IMG/VR virus record: IMGVR_UViG_3300045988_146126
Reading direction: 5' to 3' (one strand)
Length of the DNA stretch: 43,696 nucleotides
Source: a virus
Both the position numbers and the translations under genes were made by a program. Below the pieces are notes generated by a model. It was not told the origin of the DNA. It ran no database searches and saw only the letters and a program-made list of their open reading frames with translations. Positions 8,757-17,105 of this stretch are shown piece after piece. Numbering within the stretch: the first letter of the stretch is position 1; each line of letters begins with the position of its first letter.

Positions 8757-9022
8757 CGCCGGCCACCGGGATTACGCTTAGTCAGAAAACGGCGTCCCTA
8801 AAAGTCGGCGCTACCAAGCAAATTACTGTATCCGCTGATCCTGTGGATGCATCGGACGCAAGTGATGTTGTTAGCGCTGCTAAGTTCGCATCTAGCAACA
8901 CTGGTGTTGCCACAGTCGCTGCTGATGGGACTATTACAGCGGTAGCAGTTGGTTCTACAACAATCACCGCAACAAGTGGTTCCTTCACTGCAACGGTAGC
9001 AGTTACCGTTAGTGCAGCGTAG
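8750..9022 (+). CDS. Ig-like (Big_2-type) C-terminal extension of the capsid protein, reached by the -1 frameshift
   Basis: The -1 frame reads TLAPATGITLSQKTASLKVGATKQITVSADP...GVATVAADGTITAVAVGSTTITATSGSFTATVAVTVSAA, a typical bacterial Ig-like repeat. It has no start codon or SD of its own. Stop is TAG 9020-9022. Confidence 0.65.
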   Translation, partial: TLAPATGITLSQKTASLKVGATKQITVSADPVDASDASDVVSAAKFASSNTGVATVAADGTITAVAVGSTTITATSGSFTATVAVTVSAA

Positions 9023-9091
9023 TAGCTAGTAAACCGTCGCTTATGAAAATCACAGTGCTGCGAAAGCAGGGCGGCGGAAAGGAGGCATAAC

Positions 9092-9466
9092 ATGGCTGAT
9101 GCTAATCCGGTAACACTTGCGGATTTGAAGACGATGATGGAAATCAAAACTGACGCACAAGATGGTGTGCTTAATCTCATCATCAAAAATACCACACAAG
9201 CCTTACGATTTAAGCTCGGTTTGCGAACGGATGAGGCCTTCCCTAGTGAGTTGGCCTACATTGCCCTAGAAGTATGCGTCAGACGCTACAACAGGCGTAA
9301 GAACGAAGGCATGACGTCTTATGAGCAGGAGGGGCAGTCATTCACGTTCAAGTCTAACGACTTCGATGATTTCGCTGATGACATCAACGACTGGAAAGAA
9401 GCCAACGGGAAGAATGCCAAGTCTCTTGGAACCGTTAGCTTCATTTCTGGCTATCCAAAGAGGTGA
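9092..9466 (+). CDS. Head-tail connector (gp6-like DNA-packaging/connector protein)
   Basis: SD GAAAGGAGG. It has a position and N-terminus (LADLKTMMEIKTDAQDGVLNLIIKNTTQALRFKLG) typical of this family. Confidence 0.7.
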   Translation: MADANPVTLADLKTMMEIKTDAQDGVLNLIIKNTTQALRFKLGLRTDEAFPSELAYIALEVCVRRYNRRKNEGMTSYEQEGQSFTFKSNDFDDFADDINDWKEANGKNAKSLGTVSFISGYPKR

Positions 9467-9470
9467 TCAT

Positions 9471-9773
9471 ATGCGGTTAGATCATGAGGTTACATTCTGG
9501 CTTGATGATGAAGAATATGATCCGCAAACACATCAATACGGTGATGTGAAAAAGGTGGCAACTGCAGTTGCCAGTGTCACCGACATGGGAATAGACAAGA
9601 GCGTTCAGCTATTCGGAAACTACGCTCAAAAGGCAAAGGTGATCCGATTAGTTGAGCCAGTCACCGTCAATTGGAGCTATTTAACAATTGATGATGAATC
9701 GACTCATTATGCCCTCAATACCGCCCGCGCTCCGCTTCAAAACGCTACTTTGATTGTGGGTGAGACGAAATGA
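9471..9773 (+). CDS. Head closure / head-tail adaptor protein (by position)
   Basis: ATG 9471 follows SD AGAGGTGA. The ORF-track start at 9321 lies inside the upstream gene. Confidence 0.55.
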   Translation: MRLDHEVTFWLDDEEYDPQTHQYGDVKKVATAVASVTDMGIDKSVQLFGNYAQKAKVIRLVEPVTVNWSYLTIDDESTHYALNTARAPLQNATLIVGETK

Positions 9774-10135
9774 GCAAAGCCAGCATCAGCTATAACATGC
9801 AGATAAAAGGCATGGACAAACTGGTCGCTGGCCTGCTGAAGCGAGCGAAGATGGACGTTGTCAAGCAAATCGTCAAACAGCAGACAGCACAGTTGCAAAC
9901 TCGTGCTCAGCAAATGACCGGCGCCGTGTATGCTCATCCTACTGGTGCTACAAAGCGTGGCATCAAGTTATCGCTTGAAGATGGCGGTCTAACGGGCATA
10001 GTTGGCATGTCAATGGAATACAACCCATACACCGAAAATGGAACTCGATTCATGCGGGCACGTCCAGTTCTGAAGCCTGCGTTCCTTTATCAGAAAGTTC
10101 AGTTTATTAATCAGCTTAAACAAGCAGCAAAGTAG
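9770..10135 (+). CDS. HK97 gp10-like head-tail joining protein
   Basis: ATGA overlap with the upstream gene. The motif MEYNPYTENGTRFMRARPVLKPAF is typical of the family. Confidence 0.65.
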   Translation: MSKASISYNMQIKGMDKLVAGLLKRAKMDVVKQIVKQQTAQLQTRAQQMTGAVYAHPTGATKRGIKLSLEDGGLTGIVGMSMEYNPYTENGTRFMRARPVLKPAFLYQKVQFINQLKQAAK

Positions 10136-10540
10136 GTGATTCAAATCACATCACCAGAGCAAGAACTATACGATTACTTCTATGCGTTTTCTCAGTCGGC
10201 CGGTTACAAGACTTACGACCATTTGCCCATGCAGCAGGAGAACGCCCCATATCCATTCGTCATTGTTGGGGATATTCAAGTTGTTCCTACTGCAACAAAG
10301 ACGTCACTCAATGGCAATGTGCTAATCACCATCGACATCTGGGGCGACAAAAAACAGCGTTTCACCGTATCTGATATGGCGGAGCGCTTTTTTCGTGCCG
10401 CGATTGGGCAAGTGCTAACAGATGATTACCGATTTTATGGACGTGTAGAAGATCAGTCAAAAGAGTTCACACAAGACCAGAGTGTCCCTGACACGGTTCT
10501 CAACCGAGCCACGCTGATACTCAATCTCAACATTTTATAG
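10136..10540 (+). CDS. Tail completion / tail terminator-like protein
   Basis: GTG start abuts the upstream stop. It is the last gene before the major tail gene. The segment YPFVIVGDI...ITIDIWG is typical of this position. Confidence 0.55.
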   Translation: MIQITSPEQELYDYFYAFSQSAGYKTYDHLPMQQENAPYPFVIVGDIQVVPTATKTSLNGNVLITIDIWGDKKQRFTVSDMAERFFRAAIGQVLTDDYRFYGRVEDQSKEFTQDQSVPDTVLNRATLILNLNIL

Positions 10541-10551
10541 GAGGCCATAAT

Positions 10552-11154
10552 ATGGCAAATGAATTAAAAGTGCTAGAAGGCATGGACGTTGTTGCCTTGG
10601 CTCGCAAACATAGCGATCAAGCAACGGTTAGCGGCCAAATTATCCCTTGGCAGACTTCGCTGTCCTTTGACCCGTCTGTTGACAGTGATTCCACTGTTAC
10701 CAAGGACGGCAATGTAGCAACAAGAAGCTCGGCAAGTACCGATCTTGAAGTCGAGTTCCTGAACAACACAGCCGCAATTGCAGAAGTATTGTCAGACTAG
10801 TTGTTTGACGGTGAATTTCTCGAGTATTGGATTCTCTACCGCAAACGCAAGAACGCTGAAGGTAAGTATCTTGCATGGTATATGCAGGTAACGGTGCAAG
10901 AAGATAGCAGCGACAATGATCCTGATGATCACTCTACTCGCGATGTCACATTCTCAGTTAATGGCACGCCTAAACGCGGATGGACAACGCTAGACAACGC
11001 AACTCAGGAACAGGTTGATTACGTATTCCTTGGGGTTGGCAAGGTCACTGATACTGATGCTACCGGTGGTGGCACAGTTTGGGATAAGACCGCTGATCCG
11101 GGTACTAATGCTGCTGACACTGCACCAGCGGGCGGAACTGGTACTGGAGCATAA
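10552..11154 (+). CDS. Major tail protein (TP901-1/phi13-like) interrupted by an in-frame TAG at 10798-10800
   Basis: SD AGGAGG. ORFs 10552-10800 and 10801-11154 are in the same frame and separated by one TAG. The second half (EYWILYRKRKNAEGKYLAWYMQ...VTFSVNGTPKRGW) reads as the continuation of one tail-tube protein and has no SD or ATG. Confidence 0.75.
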
Positions 11155-11240
11155 CAGCATAAGAGGCTTGTCATCAGTCGCCTAAGAAAGTCACAGTACG
11201 GGTGAAACCCGGGCGGCTTTAAAAGAAAGGACTTTAAATC

Positions 11241-11573
11241 ATGCAATTAACCATTAACGGTAAAGAATATGAGCTTAACTTTGGTGTCCGCTTTGTTCGC
11301 GAAATGGATAAGAATCTGGGTGCCGTTATGCATGGCATTAATTTTGGCATGGGTGTTGCAAAGGCTCTAGCTGGTCTAAGCGCATACGATGCTGCTGTTT
11401 TAGCAGACACCATTTATTCAGCCACCGTGGCATCTAAGAAACGTCCGTCAGCCAGTGAAGTCGATGACTTTATTGACAGCAATTCAGACTTAGATTCGCT
11501 ATTTAAGCAAGTTTCAGACGAAATGAACAGTGCTAACGCAGTAAAAGCAGTAGCAAAAAACATGAAGGCCTAG
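11241..11573 (+). CDS. Tail assembly chaperone (gpG analogue)
   Basis: A 110-aa ORF between the major tail and tape measure genes. It ends just after the slippery site A AAA AAC. Confidence 0.75.
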   Translation: MQLTINGKEYELNFGVRFVREMDKNLGAVMHGINFGMGVAKALAGLSAYDAAVLADTIYSATVASKKRPSASEVDDFIDSNSDLDSLFKQVSDEMNSANAVKAVAKNMKA

Positions 11574-12031
11574 ATGAGGACGAAAGCGTTCAAAAGAGTA
11601 GTGAAGAAACGTATCACGAAATTTTGTTAAACGCATTTGCCTATCTAGGCTTTTCTAATATTCGAGACATTGAACGTATGACACTTGTTGAGTATGAGCT
11701 GCGTATGGAAGCCTATCAGCTGAAGCAAGTCGACAGACAGAACGAAATTGCACAGCAAGCATGGATGAACCAGCAAGTGCAGGCAACCACCGGTAGCAAG
11801 AATCCTAAGCCTAAGTTCAAGACATTTGATGATTTCTTTGATAAGAAAGCGGCTATTGATAGCGTGCGATCAAATTATGAGCCCAATTATGAAGTATCAC
11901 AGATGAGCAAAACCGAGCTCAAACAAAAGAGAGCACAAGTGTTCGCAAAACGGATGGCCGAATTTCAGCGGTTGAAGCGCGAAGGCAAAATCATTCCGTT
12001 ATCTGAAAGAAAGGAGGGAGCACATGGCTGA
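11241..12031 (+). CDS. Tail assembly chaperone fusion (gpGT analogue) made by a -1 frameshift at 11555-11561
   Basis: The downstream ORF (track 11624-12031) has no SD or ATG and lies in the -1 frame relative to G. This is the conserved siphovirus arrangement. Confidence 0.7.
11555..11561 (+). promoter_or_regulatory. -1 frameshift slippery heptamer A AAA AAC (G to GT)
   Basis: It is in X XXY YYZ register with the G frame. The -1 frame is open from 11537 to TGA 12029-12031. Confidence 0.7.
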
Positions 12032-15000
12032 CAGTTTTAGCGTTGAAGCAATTTTATCTGCCGTTGACCGAAATTTTTCGGGTACTTTCAAGAACATCGC
12101 GAATTCTGCGTCAAAGGTCGGTGATAGCTTTGAAAAGTCAACAAAACCAGCGGGTAATTTTGTATCAACCGTGAGCAAAATTGCTGGAGCCATAGGCCTT
12201 ACCAAAGTGGTAGGGGCTATTGGCGATGGTGTGAGAAGTATGGTAGGAGAACTAGACGAATCAAGCAAAGCTTGGCAGACGTTTGAGGGGAACATGAAGT
12301 TTCTGGGTAAGACGCCTGCACAGATTTCGTCAATTGAAAAGTCACTGCAATCATATGCTCAGGAGACTATTTATAGCTCGTCTGATATGGCCTCTGCCTA
12401 TGCGCAGTTTGCATCAGTAGGTGTAAAAGGAGTAGGTAGTCTTGTCAAAGGAATGGGTGGCTTAGCTGCTGCCACTGATGATCCAAAGCAAGCCATGAAG
12501 ACGTTGATGGAACAAGGTACACAAATGGCCGCTAAGCCTATGGTTCAATGGGCTGACTTCCGTCTGATGCTAGAACAGACGCCTGCTGGTATGGCAGCCG
12601 TTGCTAAAGCGATGGGCATGAGTACCAAACAGCTGGTCACCGAAGTCCAAAACGGCAAAATAAGCACGCAGCAGTTCTTCGATGGTATTGAGAAAGCCGG
12701 GAACAGCAAGGCATTCCAGAAGATGGCCACGAGTTACAAGACAGTAGGCGAGGCAATGGACGGCCTTCAGGAAACACTGGCAAACAAGCTCCAGCCCGCT
12801 TGGCAGGCCATGTCTAAAATCGCAATTGGAGCCATTAGCGGCATTATTGATAAGATCGGAGGCATTAACTTCGATTCAGTTCTTGCTTCAATTGGCCGCT
12901 TCTTTTCACCGTTTTCGACCCTGATCCTGAACATCAGGACTCAGCTTAGCAACCTAGGCAAGGGCGAATCAATGAGTGGACTCAGTTCGATCCTTCAAGG
13001 GATCGGATCCGTTCTTCATACCATCTGGGACCTGGTCGGCAGCTTAGCTAATGTTGCATTTGTCAATCTGATTGGCATTGCTCAAAAAGTGGGTGATGCG
13101 TTTAATTCGGTGTTCGGTGGTGGGCAGCTTTCGGTAGTTTTCGATGGTATCAAGCAAGCCGTCACTGACTTTGGCTATGCAGCCATGGGAGCCATCACAA
13201 CTGTTAGTGATATTATTGCTAACTTACCGTGGAAAGCAATTTTTGAAGGTGTTAAGGCGGCTTTAACTGGTGTTGTTAACGTGCTGAAGCCAATTGCGGC
13301 ACTCGTCAAGGCGGCATTTGCAAATGACATTGTTAAGTCGTTTGCGGTAGCGATCCTAGGAGCAGTGGGAGCCTTTAAGGTTATTAGTTTGGCCGTTGGA
13401 GGATTGTCCAGTGTCATCGGAATCTTTTCGAGGATGATCGGCCCAATTCGTGGTGTTATCGCTGTTGTTACTAATTTTGGAACAATTGCGAAAACTGCTG
13501 GCGGTATTTGGAAGGCTTTCGGATTAATATTGGGAATGAATCCATGGGTGCTCTTGATTGCTGGAATTGCAGCAGTGGTTTCTGGTTTGGTGTACTTCTT
13601 TACCCAAACCCAGACTGGCCAAAAACTATGGTCGGGATTTGTTTCATGGTTACAAGGAGCTTGGCAAGGACTTGTAGGAGTTGCGCAAGCTGTTTGGAAT
13701 GCTATATCGAGTGCGTTTACATCTGCAATTAGCGGAATTCAGACAGCTTGGAGCGGCATTACAGGTTTCTTCAGCAATCTATGGACTGGGATTACGACCA
13801 CGGCATCAGCTGCTTGGACAGCATTCACAACCACTCTCTCAGCTATCTGGCAAGGTGCTGTTACTGCAGCAACGGCAGTTTGGAACACGCTATCCACATT
13901 CTTCACGACTCTATGGAATGGAATAGTTGCAGTAGCCACTGCTTTATGGTCAACCTTTGGCGGTTCCCTGACGACAATTTGGAATGGGATTGTCCAAGTT
14001 GCTACCGGTGTTTGGAACATGCTTAAAGCAGTTATTATGGGTCCCATTCTTATTGTCATTGATTTGCTTACTGGAAATTGGACACAGCTAGGCGCTGATC
14101 TCCAGCTGATCTGGAATAGCATTGTTTCTGCTGCTGGACAGATCTGGAATGGCCTTGTTACGTATTTCTCCGGTATTTGGAGCCTTATTCAAACTTATGC
14201 AATGACTGTTTGGAATACTTTGGTTTCAACTTTAGAGGGGCTTTGGAATGGCGCAGTATCTGCCGCTTCCGCTATTTGGAGTGCGCTTTCGTCATTTTTC
14301 AGCGGATTGTGGAGTGGTATTGTGTCTACCACCGAAGGCGTATGGAACAGTGTTGTTTCATTCTTATCAGGACTATGGAGCGGAACAGTCAGCACAGCCG
14401 AGGGAATTTGGAACGCACTTCCCGGGTTCTTTTCCGGATTGTGGAATAGCATTACATCATTCTTTTCATCAGCTTGGAGCAACATACAGTCTATTGTGAT
14501 TGGAGCTGCTACTAGTATTTTTAATGGTGCTAAGGCTGTATGGTCTGGTTTTACTGGCATGGTAAGTGGAATAGTTAATGGCATCAAAGGAGCATTCAAT
14601 GCACTTCGTAATTTTAGCCTGGCTGACGCTGGCCGCGCTATCATGGATAGCTTTTTCAATGGCCTCAAAGCGGCTTGGGGGAAGATAACCGATTTTGTTG
14701 GCGGAATTGCTTCTTGGATTCGCAAGCATAAAGGCCCAATCAGATACGATGCAAAGCTGCTCATACCTGCTGGTAACGCCATCATGAACGGCTTAAATGC
14801 AGGGCTTACTGACAAGTTCTCAGACGTCCAAAGTAATGTTTCTAGCATGGCACAAGCTATTGCTGATAGCGCTGCTGTTACGATGCCGGCAGTGAATACT
14901 TCTCCATTTGATGCATCATTGCAGTCGCTTAATAACAGTGTACAGGGCGCAACCTTGTCTTCAAATCTTGATGTCAACTACACTCGCAAGCAAACGATTG

Positions 15001-15113
15001 AGGTTCCTCTGTACATTGACGGCCGAGAGGTTGCTCGTGCAACCGCAAACCCAATGCAAACAGAGCTTAATCGTTTGACAAAGGTAAGCAATTATCGAAA
15101 GGGGTTAGTCTAA
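12024..15113 (+). CDS. Tape measure protein (1029 aa)
   Basis: SD AAGGAGGGAG. It is the largest ORF and follows G/GT. It has hydrophobic central segments and a long Trp-periodic repeat region. Confidence 0.9.
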   Translation: MADSFSVEAILSAVDRNFSGTFKNIANSASKVGDSFEKSTKPAGNFVSTVSKIAGAIGLTKVVGAIGDGVRSMVGELDESSKAWQTFEGNMKFLGKTPAQISSIEKSLQSYAQETIYSSSDMASAYAQFASVGVKGVGSLVKGMGGLAAATDDPKQAMKTLMEQGTQMAAKPMVQWADFRLMLEQTPAGMAAVAKAMGMSTKQLVTEVQNGKISTQQFFDGIEKAGNSKAFQKMATSYKTVGEAMDGLQETLANKLQPAWQAMSKIAIGAISGIIDKIGGINFDSVLASIGRFFSPFSTLILNIRTQLSNLGKGESMSGLSSILQGIGSVLHTIWDLVGSLANVAFVNLIGIAQKVGDAFNSVFGGGQLSVVFDGIKQAVTDFGYAAMGAITTVSDIIANLPWKAIFEGVKAALTGVVNVLKPIAALVKAAFANDIVKSFAVAILGAVGAFKVISLAVGGLSSVIGIFSRMIGPIRGVIAVVTNFGTIAKTAGGIWKAFGLILGMNPWVLLIAGIAAVVSGLVYFFTQTQTGQKLWSGFVSWLQGAWQGLVGVAQAVWNAISSAFTSAISGIQTAWSGITGFFSNLWTGITTTASAAWTAFTTTLSAIWQGAVTAATAVWNTLSTFFTTLWNGIVAVATALWSTFGGSLTTIWNGIVQVATGVWNMLKAVIMGPILIVIDLLTGNWTQLGADLQLIWNSIVSAAGQIWNGLVTYFSGIWSLIQTYAMTVWNTLVSTLEGLWNGAVSAASAIWSALSSFFSGLWSGIVSTTEGVWNSVVSFLSGLWSGTVSTAEGIWNALPGFFSGLWNSITSFFSSAWSNIQSIVIGAATSIFNGAKAVWSGFTGMVSGIVNGIKGAFNALRNFSLADAGRAIMDSFFNGLKAAWGKITDFVGGIASWIRKHKGPIRYDAKLLIPAGNAIMNGLNAGLTDKFSDVQSNVSSMAQAIADSAAVTMPAVNTSPFDASLQSLNNSVQGATLSSNLDVNYTRKQTIEVPLYIDGREVARATANPMQTELNRLTKVSNYRKGLV
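13625..14550 (+). repeat. About 33-nt (11-aa) periodic Trp repeats within the tape measure gene
   Basis: TGGAAY/TGGAGY recurs roughly every 33 nt, as in AVWNAISSAFT, TAWSGITGFFS and NLWTGITTTAS. This repeat also generates many spurious overlapping ORFs in the track. Confidence 0.7.
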
Positions 15114-17105
15114 TTGTACGATTTCAGAGAAACGACACCCTTCACGGGTGCAGATGATAATCAGCTTCCAGCAGAAGCGATGCTAATCGATGGACAATAC
15201 ATTGAGAATCTTGTGCCCGGATATAGGACGCTGCAAGTTGGTGGACGAGAGCTTCTTAAGCAATCTGCTACTAGCAATGCCATAGGCATATCTGATGGGG
15301 AAACACTTGAATACGTTCGCAACCCATCTCGCGAGATAACTGTTGGCTATCAGCTTATTGCTGATGATGATGAGGCATTTCGCACCGCCTTCTATAAGCT
15401 AAGTGGCATCTTGCACGGTGACACTCATCAGGTTTCGTTCAATGATGACTTGTCTGTGTACTGGAATGCCGTGCTCACAGATGTTGACGATGTTCCTAAA
15501 GGCCGGAATGCGATCACTTCTTCATTTACTTTGTTTGTTCCCGATGGCATTGCGCACTCGGTAGCCACGAAGACGTTTGACAACATGCCATACAAGGACG
15601 TGCCAGTGAATTTTGCCATAGCTTCACACGCCAGTGGATCCAACACTAAATCATCAGATGCATATCCCATCACCTTACAGTTATCAGAAGACTTGTCAGG
15701 GAAGACGATTACTACTACCGTTAAAGTTATCGTCACTAATTATCAAGGAAGAGTAGACGATTCAGTTACTCCATCTTACATTGATGTAAAAGACGGCTTA
15801 AGTACAGGAAACTGGAAAGGATTAATTAACCAGATTACTATTGCCGGAAATGGCGTGTATACATCAGTGCCCAAAACAATGACTAAACATTCGTTAACGG
15901 GAACATTAAATGAGATTGGTGTTGAAATGTACAATCTGAATGCCACCATCGAAGTCTGGATTAAGCTTGAGATAGGCACCACAGCTTCTCCTTGGTCGCC
16001 TAACCCAGCTGATCCTGAATACTATACCAACACCATCACGGTTCACAATGGTGGCACTTATCCTGTTGAGCCAATCATTACGGCAACTATGCACGCGGAT
16101 AACGGCATGGTTGGGATTGTTAATGATCGCCCGGGTATTCTCCAATTTGGCACGCAAGAAATAGATGGTTTCACCACCGAAGAAAGCGAAGTAGCACTTG
16201 ATTTGGCAGCCGTGCAAGGCTCACATATGGATAATCAAGCCGCCACAAACAATCCCTATTGGGGTGGTGATCCTAGTATGCCTAATGAACAGATTGGCAA
16301 TGCGATTTGGACGCAGGACAGCTACGATGGCTGGAAGGTTGAGCCTAATTGGCCCAGTATTACTGGTACTCATTTGTATTGGAATGGGCCTTCAATCAAA
16401 CACGATCTCGCCCAGACGCATAATGGAGACTTTAAGAGCAATCTGACTTGGGATGTCATGACGCGCTTTCAAACTGGTGTAGCACAGGTAGGTGCACTCG
16501 AAACAACGTTAGAAAGTGACGGTAAGCCAATCTTTCAGATGATACTGAAGGATAATAGCGCATTGTCCGATCAGCTTTGGTGGATGTGCTATTACAAAGA
16601 TCAACTGGTCGTCAATGAACAGTTGGATCGCAGCATTTTCACTAATGACAAGTTCATTCAGTTGGAATTACAGAAATTTGGTAATTCAGTTGTTTTCCGA
16701 GTGTCCCCATGGGTTGGCAATCAAGGACGAGAGACGACTATTACCCGCCAGTTTACCTTTGCGGATGCTGCTAGTGTCGAGACTAAGCAATTTTCCGCGT
16801 GGTTCATGCGTGACAAGACGTGGGGCGAATCGACCATGTATCTGATTGCGTCCACCGTCAAATGGCAGAACGTTAGCTGGTATACGAATATCAAGAATCG
16901 TTTCAGCGATGGCGATGTTCTCAAGATTGATGTGGCGAACGCTAAGACGTACTTGAACGGTTCTCTTGATCCAACCATGCACACGCTAGGCAATCAATGG
17001 GAGCAGTTCAAACTGCCGCCCGGTGATACTGAGATTGCTATCACGCCCTCGAGCTGGGCACAACCATTTGCGTGTGAAGTCGAGATAAGGGAGGCCTGGC
17101 TATAA
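15114..17105 (+). CDS. Distal tail protein (Dit), long 'evolved' form
   Basis: TTG start abuts the tape measure stop. It is the first gene after the tape measure. At 663 aa it is far larger than a minimal Dit, implying inserted (carbohydrate-binding?) modules. Confidence 0.7.
   Translation: MYDFRETTPFTGADDNQLPAEAMLIDGQYIENLVPGYRTLQVGGRELLKQSATSNAIGISDGETLEYVRNPSREITVGYQLIADDDEAFRTAFYKLSGILHGDTHQVSFNDDLSVYWNAVLTDVDDVPKGRNAITSSFTLFVPDGIAHSVATKTFDNMPYKDVPVNFAIASHASGSNTKSSDAYPITLQLSEDLSGKTITTTVKVIVTNYQGRVDDSVTPSYIDVKDGLSTGNWKGLINQITIAGNGVYTSVPKTMTKHSLTGTLNEIGVEMYNLNATIEVWIKLEIGTTASPWSPNPADPEYYTNTITVHNGGTYPVEPIITATMHADNGMVGIVNDRPGILQFGTQEIDGFTTEESEVALDLAAVQGSHMDNQAATNNPYWGGDPSMPNEQIGNAIWTQDSYDGWKVEPNWPSITGTHLYWNGPSIKHDLAQTHNGDFKSNLTWDVMTRFQTGVAQVGALETTLESDGKPIFQMILKDNSALSDQLWWMCYYKDQLVVNEQLDRSIFTNDKFIQLELQKFGNSVVFRVSPWVGNQGRETTITRQFTFADAASVETKQFSAWFMRDKTWGESTMYLIASTVKWQNVSWYTNIKNRFSDGDVLKIDVANAKTYLNGSLDPTMHTLGNQWEQFKLPPGDTEIAITPSSWAQPFACEVEIREAWL

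Noticed and set aside
8782-9195. 137-aa minus-strand ORF between the capsid and connector genes
   Set aside because: It is the antisense of the Ig-like -1 frameshift extension. Its product is low-complexity and Ala/Val/Thr-rich (a mirror of the sense repeat), it has no SD, and it would collide with the late operon.
13175-14977. Several overlapping ORFs on both strands within the tape measure gene (for example 14195-14977 minus, 13739-14122 minus, 13748-14026 plus)
   Set aside because: They are by-products of the 33-nt periodic repeat, which keeps alternative frames open. None has an SD and all lie inside the 1029-aa tape measure ORF.
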